Source: Treponemataceae bacterium
GTDB taxonomy: Bacteria > Spirochaetota > Spirochaetia > Treponematales > Rectinemataceae
Assembly (NCBI GenBank): GCA_963667725.2
Contig: CAXXHO010000003.1
Coordinates: 736,001-800,000 of the forward strand
DNA: 64,000 nucleotides
Direction: 5' to 3'
Positions 45,340-55,125 of this stretch are shown here, one piece after another; the stretch's first letter is position 1, and every line of letters starts with the position of its first letter. Both the position numbers and the translations under genes were made by a program. The notes under the pieces are model-generated. The model was not told the origin of the DNA. It made no database searches and was given only the letters and a program-made list of their open reading frames with translations.

Positions 45340-46035
45340 GTGAACCCCGAAAAGCTTTCGCTGCTTTCCGATCAGGAGCTGATGCTTCTGGCTGAACGTA
45401 TGGGTATCTATATCCCTGACGGTTTGGATCGGCCTTTCGTCATCGAGGAAATAATCTCGGCGCTGGAGGACGACGACAGGGAGAGAGTGTTCAGCCACGA
45501 CGGAACCGGCCATGTCGAGGAAAAAAAGCTCTCCGGCGGGTCCTATGCCCCCTATCCCTCGCACGACCATTCAGGCATTCCGGAACGCTACAACGAGACG
45601 ATGATACGCGCTCTCCCCCGCGATCCTTCATGGATCTACGCGTATTGGGACATTTCGGAGCAGAAAAGGACTTCCTTCACCGAGGAAGAAGCATCGGCAG
45701 GCCTGTTCCTGCGGGTTATCGAGCTGAATCCGCAGAGCGAGCGCAAGAATAGCTTTTTCGATATAGGCATAAGCATGGACGACTGGAAATGGTACATCAA
45801 TATCCCCCAGCCCGGTTCCACCTATCGGGTTGACTTATGCCTGCACAAAAGTGATAAGATCAGGGCGCTCGCGCGTTCCAATGAAGTGCGCATGCCTGTC
45901 TACTACATGCAGCGAACGCAGCAAATGCCCCAGATCACGAAGAGCCTGCTAATTCTCTCTGGTATTGAAGGATTACATTTGACCGAACCGAGGGACGATA
46001 ATCCAAACAGGATACTGATGGCCGATGGGGAGTAA
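45340..46035 (+). CDS. DUF4912 domain protein
   Basis: PERYNET.I..LPRDP.W.YAYWD, WYI, RSN motifs; precedes a GH57 gene. Confidence 0.8.
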   Translation: MNPEKLSLLSDQELMLLAERMGIYIPDGLDRPFVIEEIISALEDDDRERVFSHDGTGHVEEKKLSGGSYAPYPSHDHSGIPERYNETMIRALPRDPSWIYAYWDISEQKRTSFTEEEASAGLFLRVIELNPQSERKNSFFDIGISMDDWKWYINIPQPGSTYRVDLCLHKSDKIRALARSNEVRMPVYYMQRTQQMPQITKSLLILSGIEGLHLTEPRDDNPNRILMADGE

Positions 46036-46044
46036 AGGAAGAAG

Positions 46045-47643
46045 ATGAAAAAGCCCTGCCTCGCACTGGTGCTCAATGCCCATCTTCCCTTCGTCAGGAA
46101 ACCTGAAATAGACCCGTTCTTCGAGGAACGCTGGCTGTTCGAGGCGATTTCCGAGACATATCTCCCCCTCCTGAGGCTTTTCAGGAAACTCGAAACCGAA
46201 AATATCCCTTTCAAGCTGAGTATCGCGATCTCTCCCACCTTGCTGGCCATGCTCTCCGACAAAATTCTCTGCGATCGCTATTCGCGCTATCTCGACCTGC
46301 AGCTGGAGCTGGCGGCGCAGGAAAAGAAAAGACTGTCCGGCGATTCGGTATTCGCTCCGATCGCACAGCTCTATCATACGCTGTACAAGCGCAATAAGGA
46401 CGATTTTGACAATCTCTATCTGAAGAATATCCTCACCGCTTTCGATTACTTCTACAAGAAAGGCAAGATCGAAGTGCTCACGAGCGGCGCTACCCACGCC
46501 TTCCTCCCCTTATTCCAGGACGCTCCCCAGGCGATCCACGCCCAGGTGGAAACCGCCATAGTCACCCACCGCTCGGTTTTCGGAAAGAACCCGCAGGGAT
46601 TCTGGCTTCCCCAGTTCGGCTGGTATCCTGGGCTCGGCGAGCTCCTGCATGACTACAACATCAAGTACACGATCGTCACGACGCGGGGAGCTCTCCTCGG
46701 GCATCCCACTCCCTTCTACGGCTCATTTTCGCCCGTCACGACTCCCTCCGGCCTCACGGTCTTCATCAGGGACGCCGGGGCAACGAAAGCCGTTTGGTCC
46801 GAAACCGAAGGCTATCCCGCCGATCCGGTCTACCGCGATTTCTACCGCGATATTGGCTACGACCTCGATACGTCCTACGTGGGACCCTTCCTTGGCGAGG
46901 GCATCGATCACGGCGTTACTGGCTTCAAATACTGGGCGGTGACCGGCCATACCGATCAGAAGCGTCCCTACGAGCCGCTCTCCGCGGCGGCGAAGGTCAT
47001 TGAGCATGCCCACGCCTTCTTGGCCGAAAGGAAAGCGGCGGCTAGGGCGGCTTCCTTCTGGATGAAGGACCGCCAGCCCCTCATCGTCTGCCCCTATGAT
47101 GCCGAACTATTCGGACATTGGTGGTTCGAGGGGCCGCAATTCCTGGAAGCCCTCTTCAAGACAGCGGCCAGGAAACGCGGCGACGACGATCTCGAGTTCG
47201 TCACCCTGAGCGAATACGATCGCAATTTCCCAGAAAACCCCGTATCGGAGCCCGAATTCTCCTCCTGGGGGGAGGGAGGCTATGCCGAAGTCTGGCTGGA
47301 CGGCTCCAACGACTGGGTGCACCGACACAGTCACCAGGCCATCGAGCGGATGATGGAGCTGGCTGAGCGCTTTCCCAACGAATCGGGCTTGCGGGAACGC
47401 ATCCTGAACCAGGGAGCCCGGGAGGCTCTCCTCACCATGGCCTCCGACTGGCCCCTCCTGCTCCGTTCGGGGCAGTCGAGTTCTTTCGCCAAGGGACAGA
47501 TCGAGGAATCCGTGGGCAACTTCACGCGCATCTACGAGATGCTCTGCGCCAACACCGTCGACACCGAATGGCTGACGACCCTGGAAAAGAAGAACAATCT
47601 GTTCCCGGAGATCAACTACCGGGTATTCGCGCAAAAACGCTGA
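46045..47643 (+). CDS. GH57 (DUF1957) glucan branching enzyme homologue
   Basis: AHLPFV, EAISETYLP, ATHAFLP, YRDFYRD, PYDAELFGHWWFEG, SSWG, SDW; nucleophile motif reads WLPQ. Confidence 0.88.
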   Translation: MKKPCLALVLNAHLPFVRKPEIDPFFEERWLFEAISETYLPLLRLFRKLETENIPFKLSIAISPTLLAMLSDKILCDRYSRYLDLQLELAAQEKKRLSGDSVFAPIAQLYHTLYKRNKDDFDNLYLKNILTAFDYFYKKGKIEVLTSGATHAFLPLFQDAPQAIHAQVETAIVTHRSVFGKNPQGFWLPQFGWYPGLGELLHDYNIKYTIVTTRGALLGHPTPFYGSFSPVTTPSGLTVFIRDAGATKAVWSETEGYPADPVYRDFYRDIGYDLDTSYVGPFLGEGIDHGVTGFKYWAVTGHTDQKRPYEPLSAAAKVIEHAHAFLAERKAAARAASFWMKDRQPLIVCPYDAELFGHWWFEGPQFLEALFKTAARKRGDDDLEFVTLSEYDRNFPENPVSEPEFSSWGEGGYAEVWLDGSNDWVHRHSHQAIERMMELAERFPNESGLRERILNQGAREALLTMASDWPLLLRSGQSSSFAKGQIEESVGNFTRIYEMLCANTVDTEWLTTLEKKNNLFPEINYRVFAQKR

Positions 47644-47719
47644 CCGTCAGAATGGTTTCTACCGACTCGCATACATTCCCGGGCTGTTAAAGACTTCCCG
47701 GATACGACAGGAGAGAACA

Positions 47720-48949
47720 ATGAACGTAGTGATTATCGGTGCCCAATGGGGCGATGAAGGGAAGGGGAAAATCGTCGATTATCTCGCCCATGAGGCGGGA
47801 ATCGTCGTGCGCTTTTCCGGCGGCGCCAACGCGGGACATACGATCGTTCTCTCCGGAACGCGCTATGCCCTCCATCTCGTCCCTTCGGGAATCCTTTATT
47901 CCGACAAGATCGTCATCCTGGGCTCAGGCATGGTCATCGATCCCGAAGCGCTTTTCATCGAACTCGACGGCCTAAAGGCCAAGGGCATTGACTGGGAAGG
48001 CCGCGTCCTCATCTCGGACCGGGCTCACATCGTCCTGCCGCGCTACAAGGAGCTTGACAAGCAGGTAGACAGCCAGCGCAAGAAACCCATAGGCACGACG
48101 GGCAGGGGAATCGGTATCGCCTACTCCCTCAAGGCCTCGCGCGACGGCATCCGGCTGGCCGACCTCGACGACGAGGAGCGCCTTCGCAACCTGACCGACG
48201 AGGACAGGGCTTTCTTGGGCGCCTGGAGGGAGAAGCTCCTCCCCATGTCAGTCCCCGCCAGCTCCTATCTCCACCACCACAAGAATTCCTGGACCCTCTT
48301 CGAAGGCGCCCAGGGCGCTCTCCTCGACATCGATACGGGCACCTATCCTTTCGTCTCCTCGGGCATGTCCTGCGCCGCCGGCGCGGCCGCCCAGGGCGGC
48401 ATAGGCCCGCGGGACATCGATAGGATCCTCGGCGTGTTCAAGGCCTATACCACCAGGGTGGGCAACGGCCCCTTCCCGACGGAGTTCGCCGACGATTCGC
48501 CCGGCTCTCTCTCGAACTACATCAGGACCACCGGCAACGAATTCGGCGTCACGACGGGCAGGCCCCGCCGCTGCGGCTACCTCGACCTCGTCGCGCTCCG
48601 CTACGCCTGCATGGTCAATTCGCTCGATCGGCTCGTGCTGACCCACCTCGACGTCTACGATAACCTGCCCGAATTCGAGGCCTGCGTCGCCTACAAGATA
48701 AACGGAAAAGTGGTGGAGGATTTCCCCGCCTCGATAAAAGACCTGGAATCAGCCACCCCCATACTCAAGAAATTCCCCGGCTGGAACGAACGCATCGACG
48801 AATGCCGCCAGTGGGACGAACTTCCCCTGCGCGCGCGCGAATACGTCCAGTTCATAGAGGAATTCACCGAAACGCCGGTGTCCATCATCTCGGTCGGATC
48901 AGACCGGAACCAGACCATCATAAGGGAGAGCCCGTGGATAAGATCCTGA
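47720..48949 (+). CDS. purA: Adenylosuccinate synthetase
   Basis: GAQWGDEGKGK, GGANAGHT, EGAQG, GVTTGRPRRCG. Confidence 0.95.
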   Translation: MNVVIIGAQWGDEGKGKIVDYLAHEAGIVVRFSGGANAGHTIVLSGTRYALHLVPSGILYSDKIVILGSGMVIDPEALFIELDGLKAKGIDWEGRVLISDRAHIVLPRYKELDKQVDSQRKKPIGTTGRGIGIAYSLKASRDGIRLADLDDEERLRNLTDEDRAFLGAWREKLLPMSVPASSYLHHHKNSWTLFEGAQGALLDIDTGTYPFVSSGMSCAAGAAAQGGIGPRDIDRILGVFKAYTTRVGNGPFPTEFADDSPGSLSNYIRTTGNEFGVTTGRPRRCGYLDLVALRYACMVNSLDRLVLTHLDVYDNLPEFEACVAYKINGKVVEDFPASIKDLESATPILKKFPGWNERIDECRQWDELPLRAREYVQFIEEFTETPVSIISVGSDRNQTIIRESPWIRS

Positions 48950-50493
48950 TTCTCGACTACGGCAGCCAGTACACGCAGCTCATCGGCCGAAGGGTGAGGG
49001 AGCTGGGCGTCTATTCGGAAATACTGCCGGGCGATTCGGCCCTGGATGCCGCCGCGCTCGAGAGCTGCGTCGGCATCGTCCTCTCCGGCTCGCCCTTCAG
49101 CGCCTACGAGGCGGGGGCTCCGGTTCCCCACGAATCCCTCTACGCCAGCGGCCTGCCCATCCTTGGCATCTGCTACGGTATCCAGAAGATGACCCTCGAC
49201 CAGGGCGGCGCCGTCGAGCGCCTGCCCGAGCGAGAATACGGCAGAAAGCCCGTCTCTCTCCTCGAGAGCGGGACGCGCGATCCGCTCTTCGCCGGCGTGG
49301 GCCGTGAATTTTCCACCTGGATGAGCCACGGCGACTCCATCGCGAAGGCGGCCCCGGGCTGGGAGATAATCGCCGAGTCAGAGGGCGGCATCCCCGCGGC
49401 CTTAGCGCACGGAAGGCTGCCGCGCTGGGGCGTCCAGTTCCATCCCGAGGTGAGCCACTGCGAGTTCGGCCAGAAAATCCTTGGCAATTTCGTGCTGGGC
49501 ATATGCAAAGCCGACGGCGGCTGGTCCATGCAGGCATACCTGGAGCGCGAAGCCGACAGGATCAGGGCCAAGGTCGGGAAAGCGCCGGCCCTCCTCCTCA
49601 TATCGGGCGGCGTGGATTCCACCGTGGCGGGAGCCTTCCTCCTCAAGGTCCTCGATCCCGCACAAGTCTATCTCCTCTATATCGATACGGGCCTCATGCG
49701 CAAGGCCGAGAGTGACGAGGTTATGAAAAACCTCTCCTCGCTCGGCGCGCGCCACCTCCACATGGTCGACGCCGAAACCGAGTTCCTGGGCGCGCTGGCC
49801 AGCGAGGCCGACCCCGAAAAGAAGCGCCGGATCATAGGCGATCTCTTCATCACCATCCAGGAGCGCGAGGTGGCGAGGCTGGGCATCCCCGAGGCGTTCC
49901 TTGTCCAGGGGACGCTCTACACGGACCTCATCGAATCGGGCAAGGGCGTGGGGAAGAAGGCGCAGGTGATTAAAAGCCATCACAACGTGCGGAGCCCCCT
50001 CGTCGAGAAGAAGCGGGAAGAGGGACGGGTCATCGAACCGCTGGACAGACTCTACAAGGACGAAGTCCGCGCCCTAGGCCGCCTTTTGGGCCTGCCTCCC
50101 CATGTCGTCGGCCGCCATCCCTTCCCGGGGCCGGGCCTGGGCGTGCGTATCCTCGGCGACGTGACGAAGGAAAAATGCGATATCCTCCGCGACGCCGACG
50201 CGGTCTTCATCGGCGAACTGAAAGAGCGCGGACTCTACGACAAGATATGGCAGGCTTTCTGCGTGCTTCTGCCCATCCGCTCGGTGGGCGTCGCCGGCGA
50301 TGAGCGCAAGTACGGCTACGTGGTGGCCCTGAGAGCCGTCGTCAGCGAGGACGGCATGACGGCCGACGTCTATCCCTTCGAATCGAAGGACCTCATCGCC
50401 ATTTCCTCGGCCATCACGAACAAGGTGCCGGCAGTCGGGCGCGTCGCCTACGATGTCTCCTCCAAGCCGCCCGCCACGATCGAGTGGGAGTGA
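48934..50493 (+). CDS. guaA: GMP synthase (glutamine-hydrolysing)
   Basis: DKILILDYGSQY, GICYG, QFHPE, SGGVDS, KPPATIEWE; GTG 48934. Confidence 0.95.
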   Translation: MDKILILDYGSQYTQLIGRRVRELGVYSEILPGDSALDAAALESCVGIVLSGSPFSAYEAGAPVPHESLYASGLPILGICYGIQKMTLDQGGAVERLPEREYGRKPVSLLESGTRDPLFAGVGREFSTWMSHGDSIAKAAPGWEIIAESEGGIPAALAHGRLPRWGVQFHPEVSHCEFGQKILGNFVLGICKADGGWSMQAYLEREADRIRAKVGKAPALLLISGGVDSTVAGAFLLKVLDPAQVYLLYIDTGLMRKAESDEVMKNLSSLGARHLHMVDAETEFLGALASEADPEKKRRIIGDLFITIQEREVARLGIPEAFLVQGTLYTDLIESGKGVGKKAQVIKSHHNVRSPLVEKKREEGRVIEPLDRLYKDEVRALGRLLGLPPHVVGRHPFPGPGLGVRILGDVTKEKCDILRDADAVFIGELKERGLYDKIWQAFCVLLPIRSVGVAGDERKYGYVVALRAVVSEDGMTADVYPFESKDLIAISSAITNKVPAVGRVAYDVSSKPPATIEWE

Positions 50494-50551
50494 ATTGTCG
50501 TATTGATCCTTTGTCGGGTTTATAAAAATAGTATCAAAACGAGGCAGGAAG

Positions 50552-51850
50552 ATGAAGAAAGTGCTGGTTCTTTTGATGATGGCCACGATCGCGCTGCAGG
50601 TCTTCGGGCTCGATCAGCCGACGGGGATAAAGGGCGGCGCCCCCTCGAGTTCAACGCCGCTGTGGGCGGCCGCTGACGCGAAGAAGGATAAGGTCCTCGT
50701 CGTCAGCGATATTCATCTGGGAATCCTCGACAAATACTCGGAGAATCTCAAGAACAGGGCCGTGTTCATCGAGTTCCTGAAACGCGTGGAGAACACTGCG
50801 GACGTCGGCGAACTGGTCATCGCGGGAGATTTTCTCGATGAATGGTATCTGCCGCTGACCTATCCCGCCTATGAAGATTCCGGCAAGTTCTACTGGCAAA
50901 TAGTCAGGAACAACCAGGCGGTATTCGATGAATTGAACGCCCTGATGGCGCGAGGCATCAAGCTGACCTATGTGCCCGGAAACCATGACATGACGCTGGA
51001 GGCAGACATCCTGGCCCGGGCGCTCCCTGGGATCAACCAGGCGCGCGACGCCTGCGGCATGGGCAGGCACTACACCGGAGCCCGCAACGAGATCGTGGTC
51101 GAGCATGGACACCGGTACGATGTCTACTCGGCGCCGGACAGCGTCTCCAACAAGGATATAACAGGCGACGCGCCGTCCATCCTTCCGCCCGGCTATTTCT
51201 ACGCGAGGATTGCCGCGAGCTGGGTGCTGCAGGGAAAGCCCATGATCAAGAAAGATTACCCGGAGATCAACAAAGCCCCAAATCCCGCGACCGACCCCGA
51301 CCAGTACGGCGCCTATCTTTACTACAGGATATGGTCTGGCGAAATGAACCGGATCACGCCTTACGAGCGGTTCGAGGATCGCGTGGTAGATATCAAGTTC
51401 AATGGGTATAACGGAAAATACTCCCTCAAGGATGTCTTCCCCGTGGCGCAAGCCGACGGCACCATCAGCGCGCCGACCCTCTTCAAGAACTATCAGCGCG
51501 CATGGGACAAGATCCAGGACAACAACCTCGTCGCGGTGAAGACCTCCTTCGCGGAGAGCGTGGCGGGCGCGCTGGACAGCGAATACTTCTTCAAGCAGGC
51601 GAAAAGGCAGTATCTCGAGAACGCGAACCAGAAGGTGGACGTCGTGGTGTTCGGCCACACCCACAATCCCTCGCTCAGGAAGCTGCCGAACGTCGAGGGG
51701 AAATATTACGTGAACAGCGGCGCCTGGATCGACGAGAACACCTATCATCCCGCGGCGAGCACCTTCGTCGTGGTGACGAGCGGGGACGAAACGGATATCG
51801 CGGAACTCTACGAGTATTACCGCGACGGGACTATAACCAAACTGAATTGA
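50552..51850 (+). CDS. Secreted calcineurin-like metallophosphoesterase
   Basis: Signal peptide; SDIHLG, GDFLD, GNHD, HGH, GHTH, NSG.W. Confidence 0.85.
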   Translation: MKKVLVLLMMATIALQVFGLDQPTGIKGGAPSSSTPLWAAADAKKDKVLVVSDIHLGILDKYSENLKNRAVFIEFLKRVENTADVGELVIAGDFLDEWYLPLTYPAYEDSGKFYWQIVRNNQAVFDELNALMARGIKLTYVPGNHDMTLEADILARALPGINQARDACGMGRHYTGARNEIVVEHGHRYDVYSAPDSVSNKDITGDAPSILPPGYFYARIAASWVLQGKPMIKKDYPEINKAPNPATDPDQYGAYLYYRIWSGEMNRITPYERFEDRVVDIKFNGYNGKYSLKDVFPVAQADGTISAPTLFKNYQRAWDKIQDNNLVAVKTSFAESVAGALDSEYFFKQAKRQYLENANQKVDVVVFGHTHNPSLRKLPNVEGKYYVNSGAWIDENTYHPAASTFVVVTSGDETDIAELYEYYRDGTITKLN

Positions 51851-51893
51851 TTGTCGCGAAGCGAAGGCGCTAGAAGGCGCGGCCGGCGGCGTC

Positions 51894-52970
51894 TCATTCC
51901 TTTTCTTCGGGATAAGGGTGGAGCGATCCGTCGGGGGCTTTAAGTATCCAGAAGCCATCCTCCATTCCGACGACACTCTCCGGCAGGTACATCTTGCCCG
52001 CTCCATCGGGCGCGTCCACGGCATAGCGCGGCAGCTCCAGACCCGAGAGTCGCTTCCGCAGCTCTCCATAGATCGCGAGCCCGCGCGAGAGCGGGACGCG
52101 GAAATGGGCCGTGCCCGAAGCCAGGTCTCCCTGGAACAGGTAGTAAGGGTCGACGCCGACCTGGACGAGGCCTGAGAACAGAGCCTCGAGCGTGTCGGCG
52201 GAATCATTGATGCCGCGGAGCAGGACGGACTGGCTCCGTACCGGCAGTCCGGCCCTGACAAGCATCTCCATTTTTTCAGCGAAAAGAGACGAAATCTCGG
52301 CGGGATGGTTGACCTGAATCACCACTCGCAGAGGCTTGAAGCGTGAAAGCATCTCGACGAGTTCCTTGTCGACGCGGTCGGGCAGGGTGACGGGAGCCCT
52401 GGTGCAGAGCCTGATGAGTATGCCTTTTTTACCCACCCTCAGCCGCGAAAAAAGCGCCTCGAGCTTCGGCGTCGACGCGCTCAAGGGATCCCCGCCCGAG
52501 ACGAGCGCTTCCCGCACCTCCTGGTGGGATTCCAGGTAGGCTTTCACTGCCTCCTGCGCCGTGTCGTCCATGAAGCCCCTCTCCTGGGGCAGAAGGGAAC
52601 GTCTGAAGCAGTGCCGGCAATAGACGGGACATTCCCCCGTTGTCCTCAAGAGGATGCGCGACGGATACTGATGGACGAGTCTGGAAAGAGGAGAGTGGAC
52701 TTCCTCGCAGAGCGGGTCCTTGGATTCTATGGGCATACGCTCCAGCTCAACCCTGGAGGGCAGAGCCTGGGCGAGAATGGGATCGATGGGAACGCCTTTC
52801 TCGTCCCTGCGGCAGTCGCGGTAGTCCTCGGAGGCGAGACCCAGCCAGTACGCGGTGGCCGCGAAGGGGAGGGCCGATTCGGACTTCAGCCTCGAAAGTA
52901 AAGCCATATTCTCCGCATCGGTCAGTAGAGTGATTCTTTTTCTCATCGCTTCGCGCCAATCGCTGTTCAT
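51894..52970 (-). CDS. KamA family radical SAM aminomutase (EpmB/KamA-like)
   Basis: DPL.E, HQYP.R, CPVYCRHCFRR, SGGDPL, NHP.E, QSVLLRGIND, PYYL. Confidence 0.88.
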   Translation of the reverse strand: MNSDWREAMRKRITLLTDAENMALLSRLKSESALPFAATAYWLGLASEDYRDCRRDEKGVPIDPILAQALPSRVELERMPIESKDPLCEEVHSPLSRLVHQYPSRILLRTTGECPVYCRHCFRRSLLPQERGFMDDTAQEAVKAYLESHQEVREALVSGGDPLSASTPKLEALFSRLRVGKKGILIRLCTRAPVTLPDRVDKELVEMLSRFKPLRVVIQVNHPAEISSLFAEKMEMLVRAGLPVRSQSVLLRGINDSADTLEALFSGLVQVGVDPYYLFQGDLASGTAHFRVPLSRGLAIYGELRKRLSGLELPRYAVDAPDGAGKMYLPESVVGMEDGFWILKAPDGSLHPYPEEKE

Positions 52971-53107
52971 GCCCCAACGCTATATCGTTTCAACCGTCCT
53001 TTGCAACACCTGCGGCCTGGGCGCGCCTCATGGACGGCGGCAGGTCTCTGGTATATGCTTGGCGGCGCATCGGACCAGCAGGACGATCCGGTCCCGAGGA
53101 GTGAGAA

Positions 53108-54184
53108 ATGCCAGCGTACAGGAACCTTGTATTCAAGGGGGGCGGAGTCCGCGGAGTGGCCTATATCGGCGCCCTCAAATATCTTTATGAAAACGGACTC
53201 ATGCGCTCGGTCGAGCGCGTTGCCGGCACATCGGCCGGCGCCATCACTGCCATGGTCCTCGCCTTCAACTTCGAAAACTACGATTCCATAAAGTCGATCA
53301 GCGATAGCCTCGACTATCGAAAAATCCCTGCCGAGGGCGATCTCAAGCCCGAACAGGCGAAGTTCATAAAGGCCAATCCTCTTATGGCAAGATCGCAGTC
53401 CCTTGGGATCGTCAAGAACCTCCAATGTTCCTTGCGCCTCCTCCAGGAAAAGGGCTGGTACTCGAGCGACTACTTCTATGGCTGGTTAAAATCGGTGATA
53501 GCCAAGCAGTTCTCCGTTAAAAAGGAAACCTATACCTTCAGGGACTTCAAGGATCCGTCCCTCCATGTGGACGAGCGCCATTTCTTCGATCTTTTCGTCA
53601 CGGGGACCGATATTTCCAATAGGACGAGCAGGGTTTTCTCCTTTGACGCAACGCCCGAGATGGAGGTGGCCATGGCCGTCAGGATATCCATGTCCATTCC
53701 CCTGTTCTTCGAGGCCATGCCGTTCCAGTATCCCGGGACAAAGGAAAAGCAGTTTTACGCCGACGGCGGCGTCATGTGGAACTATCCCATCAGCCTGTTC
53801 GACGATCCCAGATACGGGAAAAAGTTTTTCAAAGGCATGAACGCGGAAACCCTGGGATTCTTCCTCTATACTTCGCCGGAATCGACCGAGTACAAGGAGG
53901 TGAAGGGGATGATGGACTATGTCGGCGCCCTTTTTGAAAGCCTGCTCCTTGTCCAGGATCAGCTTGTGCTCTACGGGGAGAAGAACAAGGACAGGACGAT
54001 CTTCATCAACGATCAGGGCGTCTCGCCGACAAACTTCAATATCGCGGTCGGCGACGAAGTCTATGAAAAACTCTTCCTGTCCGGCTACGAGTCTTCCAAG
54101 GAATTCTTCGCGGAGAAGACAAACTGGGACATGGTGCTTCACCGACTCCAGGAGCGGTTCGGCTGGAAAGGGATGGAATACTGA
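53108..54184 (+). CDS. Patatin-like phospholipase
   Basis: GGGVRG, GTSAG, SMSIP, DGG. Confidence 0.88.
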   Translation: MPAYRNLVFKGGGVRGVAYIGALKYLYENGLMRSVERVAGTSAGAITAMVLAFNFENYDSIKSISDSLDYRKIPAEGDLKPEQAKFIKANPLMARSQSLGIVKNLQCSLRLLQEKGWYSSDYFYGWLKSVIAKQFSVKKETYTFRDFKDPSLHVDERHFFDLFVTGTDISNRTSRVFSFDATPEMEVAMAVRISMSIPLFFEAMPFQYPGTKEKQFYADGGVMWNYPISLFDDPRYGKKFFKGMNAETLGFFLYTSPESTEYKEVKGMMDYVGALFESLLLVQDQLVLYGEKNKDRTIFINDQGVSPTNFNIAVGDEVYEKLFLSGYESSKEFFAEKTNWDMVLHRLQERFGWKGMEY

Positions 54185-54243
54185 CGCTCAGCGGGGGCTT
54201 TACCGATCTTCCGCGGCAAGGTCGCGGAATCATCCTTGAGAAA

Positions 54244-54261
54244 AATGCAAAAATATGCAAT
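54244..54261. promoter_or_regulatory. Candidate ARG box upstream of argR
   Basis: AATGCAAAAATATGCAAT resembles the AWTGCAT-N4-ATGCAWT ArgR operator. Confidence 0.6.
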
Positions 54262-54304
54262 ACTGTGGAAACGCCCAAAATAACGTCATGGAGAAAAACC
54301 CGAC

Positions 54305-54781
54305 ATGAAAGAAAGACTTGAGCGCTTAAAAGTGGTCAAGACCCTCATAAAAGCCCATCGCATAGATTCACAGGACACCCTGCTCCAGCTCCTCGCTGAG
54401 GCCGGCTATTCAGTCACCCAGGCAACCCTGTCCCGCGACCTCAAATACCTGAAAGTCGGCAAAGTCGCGGACGGACAGACGGGCTATTATTATACGGTTC
54501 CTTCCGAAGAGGAGCGCAAAGAGTCGGAGAAGCATTATATACAGGATTTCCTGCGCGGCTACGTATCGGTCGACTGGAACGACGGCCTCGTCGTCATCAG
54601 GACTTTTTCCGGCCACTCCGACACGGTAGCCATGGCCATCGATAACATGGGCATGGAAGACGTGCTCGGCACCATCTCGGGACGCGACAACGTCGTCTTC
54701 ATCGCGCTGAAGCGCGGCAGCACGGGCGACGCGTTCGTGAGGGCGCTGAAGGCTAAAATTCCCGATTTCGATCCGGAGTAA
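54305..54781 (+). CDS. argR: Arginine repressor
   Basis: SQ..L, VTQATLSRDL, VIRT..G, GTISG.D. Confidence 0.9.
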   Translation: MKERLERLKVVKTLIKAHRIDSQDTLLQLLAEAGYSVTQATLSRDLKYLKVGKVADGQTGYYYTVPSEEERKESEKHYIQDFLRGYVSVDWNDGLVVIRTFSGHSDTVAMAIDNMGMEDVLGTISGRDNVVFIALKRGSTGDAFVRALKAKIPDFDPE

Positions 54782-54800
54782 GAGTTTTTTGACTGTCTAG

Positions 54801-54830
54801 AGGGGCCGGCCGCCGCGGCGGCCGGCCCCT
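54801..54830. terminator. Perfect 30-bp GC palindrome between convergent genes
   Basis: aggggccggccgccgcggcggccggcccct is its own reverse complement. Confidence 0.65.
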
Positions 54831-54838
54831 ATTGCCGC

Positions 54839-55051
54839 TTAAGCCCTTCTCGTCCGTTCCCGCGTCATCGCGTGCTCTTCGGCTAGATGCTCTATGAGAT
54901 CCTCGACCTTCCATTCCATGCTCGTCGGCGTCGTCGTGGCGAACGCCGTCGATGCGGCCCCTAAACCCAGCGCCTTCACCGCCCTCATCACCGCTACAGC
55001 CTCTTCGTTCGTATAGCCGTACAGGATCACCGCCTTGAAATCTTTGTCCAT
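54839..55051 (-). CDS. DUF3783-like small protein
   Basis: ILYG, FA.TTPTSMEW.V.DLI.HL.EEH; start MDKDF at 55051. Confidence 0.7.
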   Translation of the reverse strand: MDKDFKAVILYGYTNEEAVAVMRAVKALGLGAASTAFATTTPTSMEWKVEDLIEHLAEEHAMTRERTRRA

Positions 55052-55125
55052 TCGGGTAGTATAGCTCGAATTGAAGATTGCCGAAATGCCCTTTTCGTTC
55101 GTATCTTTATCATACAGGAAATCCA

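Noticed and set aside
50651..52261. 536-aa minus-strand ORF
   Set aside because: Lies antisense to the metallophosphoesterase gene and out of frame within the KamA-family gene
53108..54184. Patatin as a CBASS-type defence effector
   Set aside because: No nucleotidyltransferase or other defence genes nearby; housekeeping context
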